Assembly: GCA_013265495.1 (NCBI GenBank)
Contig: MU058387.1
Coordinates: 186,001 to 250,000, forward strand
Direction of reading: 5' to 3'
DNA length: 64,000 nt
Origin: Vicugna vicugna
Taxonomy: Eukaryota
This document shows, piece by piece, positions 24,383-38,100 of this stretch (its first letter is position 1; every line of letters starts with the position of its first letter). A program made the translations under genes and the position numbers. Under the pieces are notes generated by a model. The model had not been told where the DNA came from. It saw only the letters and a program-made list of their open reading frames with translations, and searched no databases.

Positions 24383-25012
24383 CAGAGCCAGCTACATAAT
24401 TTGCAGAGCCTAGAGCAAAATAAAAATGCTACTAGGAACGTACTGGGGGGAGAAGCGGGGAAGAGTGAATCTTCCATCCTCATAGGGTCTGTTATCCCAG
24501 CCTCCTAAGGGATCAAAAATTGCGTGGCAGAATAAGCTACGTATTAGCTTATTCTGCCGAAGTCATCTGCCAGATCATCTGGGCACATAGCCCACGGTTC
24601 TGCCTGCAAAGACAGGGCAGCCAAAGCCTTGCCCTGCCCTGAGTGCCATCAGTTGTGTGTTGGATCCCACCCTACACTACCTTCCCCTTGCTCACACCGA
24701 AGACAATGACAGGGCCAAAACCAATGAAATGCAAGCCTGGGTCCACTATTGCAAGCTAGGCATCATCCCCAGCTGAGAGTGGCCAAGGTCACTAGGTGAG
24801 TGTTGGGAGCGGGAGGCTGAAAATCTCTTCTGGAGGTGGGGAAAGGGATGGACCATGTGTAAGCCTGCTCTCCAAGCCCTGGCACATGTTCTGTTCTCCC
24901 ACTGGGCTTCGCCTACAAAAGCAAATTCAAAGATAAAGTTAGTAAACATTTGAAGACAGCAACTATAGAGCATTAAACCTCAAGCTGCTTTGCTCATACG
25001 TGCAGGAAGCTG
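24383..25012 (-). mobile_element. MER45-family hAT-Tip100 DNA transposon
   Basis: cagagccagctacataatttgc...gcaaaataaaaatg at the left end. ctccaagccctggcacatgttc...caaattcaaagataaa...gagcattaaac at the right end. Confidence 0.8.
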
Positions 25013-26869
25013 TACTTGGGACAGCAAAAAAAAAAAATTAGGTTGATTAGAGATAAAGGCTTCCTGTGTTCTCATGCTAATGTGTTTGGACTTCTCATTA
25101 GAGGTAAATGGTTGGTGGTAAAAGGTTTTGTTTAACATATAGGACAAATAACAGTGTTACAATCACTGAACATAAGTGTAAATCAAGAGTTAGGAGAGTT
25201 CTCAGATTAAAAGTGATATTATTCATGCTTATTTCGAACTTTAATTTTTATGACTGCATGAAGCTCCAGATCACTACTTTAGGTCATGGTTTTATTGGGT
25301 CGTAGTAGTAGAAGTGTCTGGATGATTTGATTTCAAAGTTGTAAAATGATGGATCCTTTGGGATTCGATTTCTTTCACATATTTAGTAACATAAAACCAG
25401 GAAATAAGTATTACTAAAATACAAAATCTCAATCTTATAAATTGATATTTACAGTGCAGATTGTACTTAAAGCCTTTCTGTTACAAAAATGTGTACGCAA
25501 CAACTTTGATGGAAACAAATAAATAGACTATTAAAACCACAGGATACTGTGTCATACAAGTCTTAGAAATGACCTCCTGGAAAGTACAAACCAATGCTCC
25601 TCCAGAATTTTATACAACAAGGTCATGATATTGTCAAACAGCTTATTTGATACAAATCTAAGCACATTAATAACCAGATTGCTCCAACTCTATATACCAA
25701 ACTATCTTCACTGAGCCAGTCACCTACTCTTTCTAGCATTTAAATATTATTACTATTATTTTTTCTTTTTGCAAATGGGGCTGCAGTGATTTTGCTGCAA
25801 ACTTAAAGATTTACAAAATGTTTCTAAGCCAGGTTTCTTCCACAGAACTTCAAGTTTGATTCAACATGTCCTACAAACAGATAAAATCAAATGATATCAT
25901 ATCCAAAAGAAAATCATGGAAGTGAGTCAAACTCATGTTTCAAGACCATGAGTTTATCTAAGCAAATGTTGTGTGGGCTCTGTTGGCCCATCTAGGCAGC
26001 TTTAATTATGGGATAATGAGATCATACACATCCCCACAGCCCTCTCATCTCATTCTGTAATTTGCTCTTCCAGCTGCCACGTAAAACTCTTACCAAGTCA
26101 GTGGAAGCGTTTCTTCTGGTTCCTGCCCCCCTGCTCCATCTCTTGCTGCCATATTTAATGGTTCTTCAAACATTTACTCCATATTTTCAACCCTACTCAC
26201 CCTTATTGTAAACATTCTTGGGGACTTCTATTTTGAAAGATGATATTAACCAGATAAATTTCATTTTGGGGAAATAATATCTTACCTCATTTTTCTTAGG
26301 TCACAAAGTTTTAAATACTTTTAGATCAGGCTTTAGTTGATGAAAGCAGGTACATTTTATTTTAAAGGTTTTCAAATGAAGATTTCATGGAAATTCTGTT
26401 GTACCCTTCCCATCTTCCTGATTTCTGAGCATGGTTTGTACATGGCAGATGACAATTTAATTTTTTTTTTTACTGACATAGTAAAATTGGTTAACATAGT
26501 AAATTGACTTTTAGTTACAAATTCAAATATATCTCACACTGCTTCCTGAATTACATCTCTGATTAGGAGTGCAGAAAACAATCTGAATTCAATATAGATT
26601 TTAACAATGGTTTTGATATAAGCCCACATACTAAGTTCCATTGCTTTAAGTCAAAACCAAATTACATGAAATATTACACAGCAGATGTCTTATCCCCTAC
26701 TTGTTCCGTAAAGATACGTTTAGTATCACATTCCTTCTTTCTGGCCTTTCTTCCACCCATCTTTATGGTGATCCTATTTCAGCAAGGGAGCATCTCTCCA
26801 CGGCTTCCCAGTCATGAGAGTCTATGTAGCAAACTGATCCTTACCTGTCAAGATGCAACTTAAGTATGA

Positions 26870-27135
26870 ACTCTATTACGAAGCCTTTGCTGATCCTCCT
26901 GTGGAAAGTAAAACATTGCATTCTCTGTGTGCTACTCTGTCCTGTATTTGTGCCTGTAATAATACTTATAATATTTATCTCAATGTATTTGTTAATGTGT
27001 GTATGCCTCCTCATTAATTGTAAACTTCCTATATTAAATGATCACTTTCGTACTCGTCTAAAATTTCTAGAATGTAACAGAATGCTTGGTCAACGGTTAA
27101 AACTTGACAAATGAATTTTAAGGACTGAATAAATG
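26870..27135 (+). mobile_element. L2 3' end
   Basis: gaagcctttgctgatcc...attgtaaacttcct...aacagaatgcttgg...gaataaatgaat. Confidence 0.6.
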
Positions 27136-28933
27136 AATCTCTTTTTTACTTTTGTGACTATATAACCTTTATTCACATTAACCCTAATCTTAGTTGGCTT
27201 CAGGTATCCTGATTTTTGCCTTCCAATCTGTATAATGTTACATGTAAGGCTGTTTCTCCGGAGAGTTTGTGAATTTCAGTCCATCACACGCTGGGCCCTG
27301 GTAGCACAGTCTCAATCCTATTCTAGAAGTTTCCAGCTTGGCTAATTTTATTTTTATTTACTTTTTTAGCTCCTTGTAAGCACTGTGCTAATTATTTATG
27401 TCAATCCCCACTTAGTTGTGAATTGTCATTCAGTAAGTGTCTAAATGAATGAATAAATGATTTAGTAGGTCAAACAAATGTCAAGTACTTTACTTGTTAA
27501 GTATGTGATAGCTGCTTTAGACAATAAGACTTGAAGCAGTGATTAAAATCACAATTATAATATTATCCTTTTGAAAAATGTAACCCCTTTGACAGTTATT
27601 ATCTTTATGATATAATTTACTAGATAGAATTCCAGCAAAAAGGCACTTATCTACACAAGAGATGATTATGCGATGTATTAATTTTTTAATTTATATTATC
27701 TTTAATTACACAAGAATACATGTATGTCTTGCAAAATTTTATTCTACAAACTGCAAAATCTTTTGAGTATCCCTTCAAATTCCATCTCCTTTACCTCCTC
27801 CCTAGATGTGGCTACTGCCAAGTTGTATATTTCTCAGTGCATCTCTAAGACATAGATACGCAGCTAAGTTCAGTCAAATTCTTTGTATTTATATACCTGT
27901 CATTTTGCCTCAAAGGGAAAAAAAAGAAGTAAAAATTAAATTCCATCGGTGGAAGGAGAAGACATCCAATCTTAAATGTGTATTTTCCTTGAGCACATAG
28001 TTAAAATCGTAGGACTTGCCAGTCATAATTTGAAGTTGTGTTTTTGAAAGCCCACTTCGTTTCTAGTTATATCTGTCAGATGAAAGAGTGCAGTGATCAC
28101 TTGCTTGGACATAGTCCAAAAGGCGAAGTGGATGAGTTTGCATCTCTTAACCAACAACATATTGAAGCAGCAGCCATGGTAAGTTGGCTTGTTTGTTTTG
28201 CTTTTATCAAACATTAACATCTTTTGCATTGCAAGCGGGACCTCTTAGGATTTAGAAGGACAGCTGTGGTTTGTATTCCCAAGTCTTCTTCCTCCCCACA
28301 CCCTGCGCTCAGACATCCCCAGAACCGCTTCCACCAGGGGCTCCTCGGCCTTAATTGTGAGAACAATGGGGCTTTTCATAAGGGGCCACTCACCCCAGCC
28401 GCTTGGCTAGCTCCTTATGGTTTCTGTGTGAGCTGGCCTGATTACCCAGGGAGCATATACTACACCTTGTCAGATTGCTTATTAAGGAGGCTGGAACTTA
28501 ATTTGTAAAGAACTGAGAAGAATGCATTTCAGTTCTGACTGCTCCATAATACAGTTCCTCTGGGCACACTTTACAAAAGACTCGATGCGAGGCAGGTACC
28601 AGGGTGCACTTAGGCAGAGTGGGAAGGCACTGTACATTGTGATGAAGTGCTTTTAACATTTCAGTTTAACATAATTGGATTCTAATAGGAGGTTTCTGTC
28701 ATGAAGTCTTTTCAGTCAAGAGACCTATCAAAGAACTTGGGTCTCTTACATCTCTGTCTAAAAGGTAGGTTTTATTCCAAATGTTATCCCTGGGGATAGC
28801 TAAACAACCCAAAAAGATATTGGCAAGCCATGAGAGCAACAAGGTGCCTATGGTGATTATACTTACATGGATTTTAGGGAATTTATGTATACGTACGCAC
28901 ACATACACACACAGGCATGTACATAGTAATTTA

Positions 28934-29146
28934 CAGTTGACCCTTGAACAACATGGGGGTCAGAGGTGCTGACTCTCCAAGGAGTGAGAAATCAGAGAGC
29001 TTACAGTAGGCCCTCCTTATCCTTGGTCCTGCACCTGTGGATTCAACCAGCTGGGGACTGTGTATTGAAAAAAACATCTGCTTATAAGTGGACCCACATA
29101 GCGTGGACCCACATAGCTCAGGCCCATATTGTTCAAGGGTCAATTG
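28934..29146. mobile_element. Tigger2-family (TcMar) MITE with intact TIRs
   Basis: TIR cagttgacccttgaacaacatggg at the left end and cccatattgttcaagggtcaattg at the right end. TA dinucleotides flank both ends (28932-28933, 29147-29148). Confidence 0.92.
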
Positions 29147-30479
29147 TATTTTTAAAATATATCTTCTTTTATTCAACAACTGGTACTGGAGGAGATGAAC
29201 AGTATTCAGCTTTTATTTCATTGTTTACAAAAGTAAATGTCTTGAAGGTACGTAAGGAAGTTAGATATGTGTTTGATATATGATTTATCCTCTGTCAGCA
29301 CAAGCACGTATTTGTCTATATGGATCTATTTAAATGAAAACAGAGAAACAGGTTCAGGGCAGAGATGATATCCCCAAGAATTTGGGAATGTGACTTCAGA
29401 TTTTGACAGTAGTCTTCTGTGTGCCCTTGAGCATCTTCATTGACTTTCCTACTTCTCTTCATGATTCCTCAACCATAAAATGGAATCCAAATATTGGACA
29501 GAGGTTGGCAAGTTGTGCATAAACCACTAACTATGGCTTCTATAAAAGGGAGGTTTTCATCCATAAAAAACCCTAAGTGCCACACTTAATAAAATTGTAT
29601 TTACTATTCCACTTCTCCCAAGCAAATACAAAAGATGTCAGGTAAACCATCATCTGATATCAGTCTTCATTAGCTTCTTTCCACCTATTTATAAAGTTGT
29701 GCAGTTTTAAAATATATTTGGAAAATTATGCTATTTTGCACACTCAAGCATTTTATTTTGCAGCTGGAGACTCTAGAATGTTCAGTTCTCATATCCTTTA
29801 GACCTTGGAGTGGGACAATCAGAGGGACTGATATTTCTGGAACTCAGATGGAAGCCCAGCTAAGTGATACTTGATTCAACTAAGTGGTATAGTTAAGAGT
29901 TTCTTTAAGACTACTCTGTGTTCTTGTGGGGACTTTCACGACTTATTGATTTTTCAAAAGTGGTTAATTCTAAAACTTGGGGGAAAAGTAGGAGACATCA
30001 TTCAAGATAAAGTTAATAGATGGTATGTATTTGCTATCAGTATAAAATTTGTTATTATTTTACCAGCTACCAGAATATTATTATAATGAATCTCACAAAA
30101 GCTTAAATAATTGTCTGGTCTTTTTTACTTAACCTGAAGAATGTTCAGTCATGTAGAAAACTAATTATAGTCGACTCAGAGAAAAAAATAATCCAGATTT
30201 AATGTCATGATATACCTCTGTATTCATTTGAACTCTGCGGATAACAATCTTTATTCAGAAACTGTGTATATCCTGGAATATATGACATGGCATCATTCAA
30301 GGAGACGTGGATTCTAGTTTAACCTTTCTTACTAGCTTTGTGATTTTACACAAATTATGTTTTCTCAGATGCTGAGATTCTCCATCTTTAAAATGGAATC
30401 TAAACTGATATTAGATTATATTAAAACTCATAATAGATCATTTTCTCCCAAAATTGATTAATAATAAGAATATGATAGA

Positions 30480-30900
30480 TTCAAGAAAAGGCCCAACACA
30501 AGATAAATGAGACTGATTTCCATTTAAAAACATTTTAGAGAATGGGTTGGACACTATAGTAAGAAGAGAAATCTTGGAAATTATAGAGAGGGGAAAAAAA
30601 AACAAACAAATAAAGCAATTTCTCAGTAGTAGTAACAGAATCCAGGAGAGAGCCAGACAATACCTTCAAAATGCTCAAAGAACCCAATTTTCAGCATATA
30701 ATTCTCCTTAACTAAACTGTCATTGAAAACAATAATGAAATAAAAGTATGCTACACCAAGTCAGACTGAGAGACTGACTAAAAGACCATTATTAAAATAA
30801 CTTTAAAGAATGAACTTCAAAACAAGGAAATTAAACTAGAGTGAAAGAATGAGTTATTAAGAATAGTGAACAAAGAAATGTGTAAAAGTATGAATAAATT
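30480..30900 (+). mobile_element. Old L1 (L1ME-like) ORF1 3' region
   Basis: caataccttcaaaatgctcaaagaa...ttttcagcatataattctc...aaactgtcattgaaaac...gaaataaaag resembles the ORF1p C-terminal coding region (IFKMLKE...RILYPAKLSF). Confidence 0.65.
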
Positions 30901-30932
30901 AAAAAAAAAAATCAGACTTCTGGTTTCAACTT

Positions 30933-31199
30933 GTCTTTTTTAAATTGAAGTACAGTTAATTTACAAAGTTGTGTTAGCTTCAGGTGTACAGCATAATGAT
31001 TTTTTTTTTCATATTGTATTCCATTATAGGTTATTACAAGGTATTAAATATAATTCCCTGTGCTACACAATAAATCCTTGTTGTTTGTCTGTTTTATGTA
31101 TTGTGCTTTGTGTCTGTTAATCCCATACTCCAATTTGTCCCTCCCCCCACCTTTGGTAACCATAAGCTTGTTTTCTGTGTCTGTGAGTCTGTTTCTGTT
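30933..31199 (-). mobile_element. Cetartiodactyl-type L1 3' end inserted in the L1MC/MD 5' UTR
   Basis: T tract, then ttgaagtacagttaatttaca...ttccctgtgcta...tttggtaaccataagcttgttttc. Flanked by tggtttca at 30921-30928 and 31200-31207 (TSD). Confidence 0.88.
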
Positions 31200-32908
31200 T
31201 GGTTTCAGTTTTGACATATAAAGAGCTCAGGATCATCACTCCAGTCCTAACAACAAGAAAAAGCTGAACAAACCAAATATCAGTCTTTTTTTTTTTTGGA
31301 TCCATCAGAAAATTGAGATTGCAGTACAAATTAGACCCCAAAACCTGAAGAGAAGCTAATCGACAAAGTTACAACCCAGATCAGTTTACCTGGAGAAGAC
31401 ACTCTACCATAAAACTGGTAGGAATTCCCATTTAAATGTTAATTTCGATGAACTGTTGGAGAAGGATTGTGGACTAACATGACTGAGACATTCCCAGGGG
31501 TTGCATCTTTAGAAAGACCCACATACTTTTGTGAGTTTTACTTTCAGGATCGCCATTAAATTTCACAGTAAAGGCTCCAGAAAAACAAACAAACAAAACA
31601 ACAACAAAAAACCCTTGTGGCTTTGGCAGTAAGAGTGGAAGAATGATCATACTTAATGGTAAGAAATGGCGTGTTTCTCCCTAAGACTGGGAACAAGGCA
31701 AAGATGTTATCTCTTGTCACTAATATTCAATATTACACTGAATATCCTAATTAGTGCATTAAGACAAGAAAGAAAGAAGGATGTGTACAGATCAGAAAGG
31801 AGAAATAAAAAATGGTCTTTATTAAAAGATGATATGATTTTCTATGTAGAAACTCACAAAGAGTAGATGTGCACATACACCCAAACTCCTGTGACTAATA
31901 AGAATAGCAAGGGCTCATGAGACAAGGACAACACAGAAAAGTCATTTGCTTTCCCATATACCTGAACATTTGGAGTTAAAAAGGACATTACCATTTACAA
32001 TAAGCTGCCCCCTATAAAATATTTATGCATAAATCTAAAAAAATTATGTATAAAAATCTATATGTGAAAAATTCTGATGTGAGAAACCAAATCGAACCTA
32101 AATAAATGGGGACAAATTCTGAGTTCATAGATTAGAAGATACACTATTGTTAAGATGTCAGTTTTTCCCAAATGGATCTATAGATTCAATGTAATCCCAT
32201 TAAAAATCCCAGCAAGATATTTTGTATTTGTTGACAAATTAATTTTAAAGTTTTTATGGAGAGGCAAAAGATCTGGAATAGCCAACATAACATTGAAGAA
32301 CAAAGTTGGAAGACTCAGACTACACAATTTTGTAACTTAGTATAAAAACACAATAATCAAGACGTTGTTGTATTAGTGAAAGATCAAACATCTACAGAGC
32401 ACTGGAACAGAGTCCAGAAATAGGCCCACACAAACACAGTCAACTGGGCTTTGGAAAAGGGGCAAAGGTGATCCAACGGGGAAAGGATAGTCATTTTAAC
32501 AAACAGTGCTGGAACACGTGGATGTCTATATGTAGAAAGAAAAAAAGAACCCAGACACGGATCAAGTAAATTTCAAAATATTAACTCAAAGTGCATCATA
32601 GACCTAAATGTGAAGGAAAAACAATAGAAGAAAAGCTATGTAATTTTGTAATGAGTTCTTAGATATACCCTCAATAGCACCATCCATGAAAGAAATCATT
32701 GATAAGTTAGACTTCATTAGGATTAAAAACTTTAGCTCTGCAAATATGAAGAGGATGAAAAGACTGGCTATAGGCTGAGAGAAAACATTTTCAAAATACA
32801 TATCTGCTGAAGGGCTTATATCCAAAATGTACCAAGAATCCTTAAAAAGTCAACAATAAGAGAACAAGCTAATGGACAAAGGATCTGAACAGACATCTCA
32901 CAAAAGAT

Positions 32909-32986
32909 TATATATATATATATGTGTGTGTGTGCATATATATATATATATATGCACACACACACATACATACATACACATACATG
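32909..32986. repeat. Alternating purine-pyrimidine tract containing a perfect 48-bp palindrome
   Basis: 32921-32968 = TA(TG)6CA(TA)8TG(CA)6TA, which is its own reverse complement. Confidence 0.95.
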
Positions 32987-35129
32987 AAATAAACATATGA
33001 AAATGTGAAAAGATGCTCAAGATCATTTATCATTAGGGATTTGCAAATTAAAACAACAGTGAGATAATGCTGTATATCGCTTCGAATGATAGAAATCAAA
33101 AAATTGCCAACATGCATTTCTGGCTAGGATGTGAAGTATAGAAACTCTCATTAATTGTTGGTGAAAATGTAAAATGGTACAGCCACTGTGTAAGACATTT
33201 TAGCAGTTTCTCACAAAGCAAAACACATTCTTTTCTTACCATATGATCCAACAATCATGCTCCTTGGTGTTTACTTAACTGATTTTAAAATGTTTATGTC
33301 CACGTGAAAACCTAGACATGAATATTTATGGCAATTTTATTCATAATTTCCCCAGACTGGAAGCAACCAAGATGTCCTTCAATAGATGAATGGATAAAGC
33401 AGTTGTGGCACGTCCGTATAATGGAATATTATTCAATAATACAGAAAAAAAATGAACTAACAAGCCAGAAAATGACATGGATGAATTTTAACTGAATAAA
33501 CTGAGTAAATGAAGTCAGCCTGCAAAGATTGCTCTTCCAACTATATAGCCATCTGGAAAGGGCAAAACTATGGGGCCAGTAAAAACATCAGTGTATCAAT
33601 ATATTACTGTCTTGGGGTTCAGGTGTAGGAGGGAGGGTTGAATGCCTGAAACACAAGATTTCTTAGGTCTGTGAAACTATTTGGCATATACTGTTATGGT
33701 GGATATACGATACTATAGATTTGTCAAAACTCGTAGAACTTTAAAGCACAAAGAATGAAGACTTCAGAAGACTAAAGGCAAAACAAACTACACACATACA
33801 CAGCACTCTTGAGAAAGTTGTTTCTAAAGGGTATCTGGGCTAACAATTCTGATACTGCTATTGATATATATATATATATACAGATGTTGAAAATTAAGTA
33901 AATGGATGGCATATTGTGGAAGTCAGATTTCTTATTAGAATGGAAGATGACAGATAAGCAAGGAGAGGAAGCTAGAAAGATCCATGTAGCAATTAGAGGT
34001 AGAGATGTCAGGATGAACTCATGTTTAGATTTATATAAATACAGATGTTTATACATAGAAATGCTTGTATATATGTGTATGTACATAGGTTACTATATAC
34101 ACATCTATTTCCCTGCTCCATCAGTTAAAAGGGCATAGAAGCAAAGAAAACTCCAGTAACAATGGTAACATCTGGCATCCAGGTCTTTGTTTCTAATTTC
34201 ATTGTAGGAAAAAAGGAAGCAGAGACACTTGGAGAAATAGTTGCTTTTAAGACACTGGCAGAGATTGAGCTGCAAGATGATCCTAGAGTATCTTGTAGTG
34301 GTAGAAAGTGAAAAAGTGCTCAAAAAAAAAAAAATCCCCTATGAAAGCCAGTAATAGGTATATGTCAAAGGGATACAGGATCCAATTAACAGTGCTCTCA
34401 AAGGCCAAAGCTGGAAAATTTTGAGCAATAAAATAAATCCAAAGTATAAAATAAATATCCACTGTATTTGTATTGATATTGATATATCCATTGCATCTGT
34501 ATTGATATAAATGAATGATAGAGTAAGTAAATAAATAGGAGACCAGAGACAAATCTGCTTGCAGAAGATTCCAAATAATTTATACAAATATTCCACCCTC
34601 AGAAGAGTGGAGCATAATTTCCCACTTTTCAAATATGGATTGCTTTTATCAACTTACTTTTAAAAAGTACAATATGGAAAGGGGGAAGAGGGAAGAGTAA
34701 CTTCACAATGGAGAAACCTCCCATATGTTACCCAATCTAGGTTGTCAAGGTTAACATCGAAAGTCATACCTTATTTTGATGGTAGATGTACTTGCTGTGA
34801 TGTGATGAGCATTTACTTCTGTGGTCTTCCCAAAACTCATAATCCCAGTCAAATCATGTGAAAAACAAACTAGACAAGTCCCAGTTGGAGGCATCCTACA
34901 AAACAGTTGGCCAAGGTCATCAGAACAAAGGAAGTCTCATGAAATGACATTGCCAGGAGGAGCCTAAGAAGATGTAATGAGTAAATGTAATGTGATACCT
35001 TGGACTCCTGGAACAGAAAAAGGACAGAGATAAAACCTAATGAAATCTGAATAAATTATGGACTTGGAGTTAATAAATATAAATATTCATTTATTATAAC
35101 AAGTGTAAGATATTTACATACTAAGATAA

Positions 35130-38100
35130 AAAGCATTTTGGGCAAAATGAGATTATTATATACATATAAATGTAATATTTGCTAGGAATAAATCAATTCT
35201 AAACCTGAATATATATTTATTTAAATTTATGTATATTTAAGTATATGTGATAAATATAGACAAAACAAATTAAATTTTGATAAATGCATCATCAAAGCAC
35301 AAAATTTTTTTAAATGACAAACTATTGAAACCATAGGGAAAAACTGAACAATACAAGCTTTAAAGAAAGTTATAATTCCAAAGAAACTATCAGGAGGTGG
35401 TAAGGATAAGAATAGCTATTAATGAATAAAACAGAAACAGAAAAGAAATAATAAGGAAGATCAGTGAAATCGTTCTGTAAAAAGACCAGTGTAATCGTTA
35501 GCATAAAGGCAAAAGTGGTAAAAACAAAAGATTGAAAATACAAATAAAATTATACAAATGAAAAAGTATGTAACTATCGATAAAATGTAGACTGATGATA
35601 TGAAAATACCATGAACTGTATGCACAAGAATTGAAAATTATACATGAAATGCACAGTATCCCAAAAAATGTAACCTACCGAAACTGACTTTAACATTTAA
35701 TGAGTCTCAAAGAGCAACTGGGGAAGGCTTGGGTCTGTAGTTACAGATAAACCCACTAAAAGAAAGGGAAAAAATACTCCCCTAAGTCCAGAGCACTGTT
35801 GAGATAAATATTCCTCTTTGTAATCCAATGCTTATGCAAAGTCCTCCTGAAGATACAAAGAGAGGGACTGCCCTCATTTGTTTTATGAGATTCCTAAATA
35901 TTAATAATAAAACCGGGCTAGGTTATACAACAAAAATAAGGCCAATATTAGTAAACTGAATCTAGAATAATATACAAAATATAATACATCATAACTAAGT
36001 TGCATTGTTCACTTAAATATAAAAGTGACTTCACTTTGCAACACTCATTTATGAAAAATACTTAAAAAAAAAAAGACGGGAATAGAAAGTAACTTTATTG
36101 CCTAAAAAATGTCTAAAAAGAAATGATTAAATATTACTGCAGTATCCATAGAGCAAATACCTGTTTTACCTTGTATATGTTTACATGTGTGTATATTTAT
36201 GTATATAGGTATTCATACCTGCTAACATTACTTTATTGTACAGTCGATGTTTATAATGTAGCCAGTACAGTGAGACAAGGAAAAGAAAGCAAAAGAAATA
36301 GCTTTTGGAGAGAAATAACATTGTTATTAATGATTAGCAATATGATAGCCTAAACAAAATCTAAGAGGACCTTACGAAAAAAAAGCTAATACTTTCCCTT
36401 GTAATCCCTTAACTGGAATATAGGTCCATATGTTTCAGAATTAATTATTTTGAATTTTAAAGAGGTAAAAAGGTGCATAACTGTGTATTATGTAACATTC
36501 TTGGCAGACTGTGAGCAGCATCCCATAAATAAACACATTAATGTTTTTCAATGAAACTTATGAATATTTATATTAATTAAGACAAAGATTGAAATAATCT
36601 GACTTCCGTTCAGATCGGATTTGGCCTTGAAATAAGATTGGATGCTAAACTTACTTTTAAAAAACCGAGTTTTCAGAGCTTTTGAAATTTCAGAATTATG
36701 AATAAGGGATTATGAATCTGTTGCAAGAAGGGAGTTCAACACAACTGTTATAAAAATTAAATGTACAAAAAACCAATTGCATTCCTATATATTAGCTGTA
36801 GAAATTAGAAAACAGAATTTTAAAAATTGCTTACAATAAAAAGCAAAAAAAAATAATGAAGAATAAATCAAAAAAAATTATCAACACATTTTACAGAGAC
36901 AATTATAAAATTTTAATGACATAAAAAATAAGGTTCAGGTTCATAGAGAAACTTACCATATTCCTCTTAGAAATAGTGAAAAGATTTTTCTTTTAAACAA
37001 ATTATGCTGTGAATTCTATAAAATATTAATACAAATCCAAAGGGATGTTTAAATAAAACTAGATAAGTAGATTCTAATTTTATATGAAAAAGCAACAGGC
37101 CTTGAACAGGTAAAACTAGTTTGAAGTGGGAAAAAGTATAGACTTGCTAAAGCAAATAGCAAGACGTAAAAAATTTGGATAGTTAAGAGATAGATAAATT
37201 GACCCCTGGTACAGAGCAGAGATTTCAGAAACCAGCTCCCCATATGAGATAAATGTGACCCTATGAAGCAGGGAAGAAAACATGGGCTATTTGGCAATAG
37301 TGTGAGCAAAACTGCTTATCAATATGAAAAAAAAAAAAACCTCACAACATCCTCCCATTAAGTAGATAAAAGTTTATGTGTTAAAATTATTTTAAACACT
37401 ACAAAAAATCATATATTTACAACTGTAGGGTAAGGGAAGAGTTTATTAATCTGACACAGAGTGTATAACATAATAGGGTAAAACAATAAATCTAACTGCA
37501 TTAAAATTAATTTTTTCTGAATTTAAAACAGTGTAAACAAAATTAAAGACTAAACTGCAAATTGAAAGTAGATACTTACTCTGTGTGTGACTCACAAAAG
37601 ATTATATCCATAAAATCCAACATCCTTAAAAATCAATGAAAAACAAACAACCCACTAAAATATGGGGAATATAATATAAAGTTACAATTTTAAGAGGAGG
37701 AAGCTTAAATGGCCAACAGATGAGAACGTATTTATTTGTATAGGTATTTGCAAAAGGCAGATTCAAATAATGAGATGTTATTTCATATCCAATAAGACTG
37801 GCAGATGCTAAGAATTCTGGCCATACCGATCTCAGTGTAGATTGAAGAAGCAGTGATCCATACACTGCTATAAAAGTGGTATGAAGAGTTTAGTAGCCAT
37901 TTCACAATATCTAGTAAAATTAAAGATGTGAATAACTTGTAACTCGTAATCTATCAAGTCTACCCCTAGCATGAAATTGTTGAACACTTGCATGAGAAAA
38001 CAGATCAAAAAGTGATGATAGCAGTATTGGAAATAACGGATTAATTATAAATACTTTTATTGTCCGGCAACAGGAAAACAGATACATTTTGGTACGTTAA

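Larger units (their letters stand above)
30912..35130 (+). mobile_element. L1MC/L1MD-type element: 5' UTR fused to the RT half of ORF2 plus a long 3' UTR
   Basis: 5' UTR gacttctggtttca...aaagagctc...atcactccagtcctaacaacaagaaaaagctgaacaaac. ORF2 peptides FSLRLGTRQRC...DDMIFY (31666) and KWIYRFNVIPLKIP (32155). L1MC/MD-type 3' UTR at 33.5-35.1 kb. Confidence 0.85.

Noticed and set aside
31666..32340. RT-like ORFs as a functional reverse transcriptase or retron-like system
   Set aside because: They are short, frameshifted remnants of L1 ORF2.
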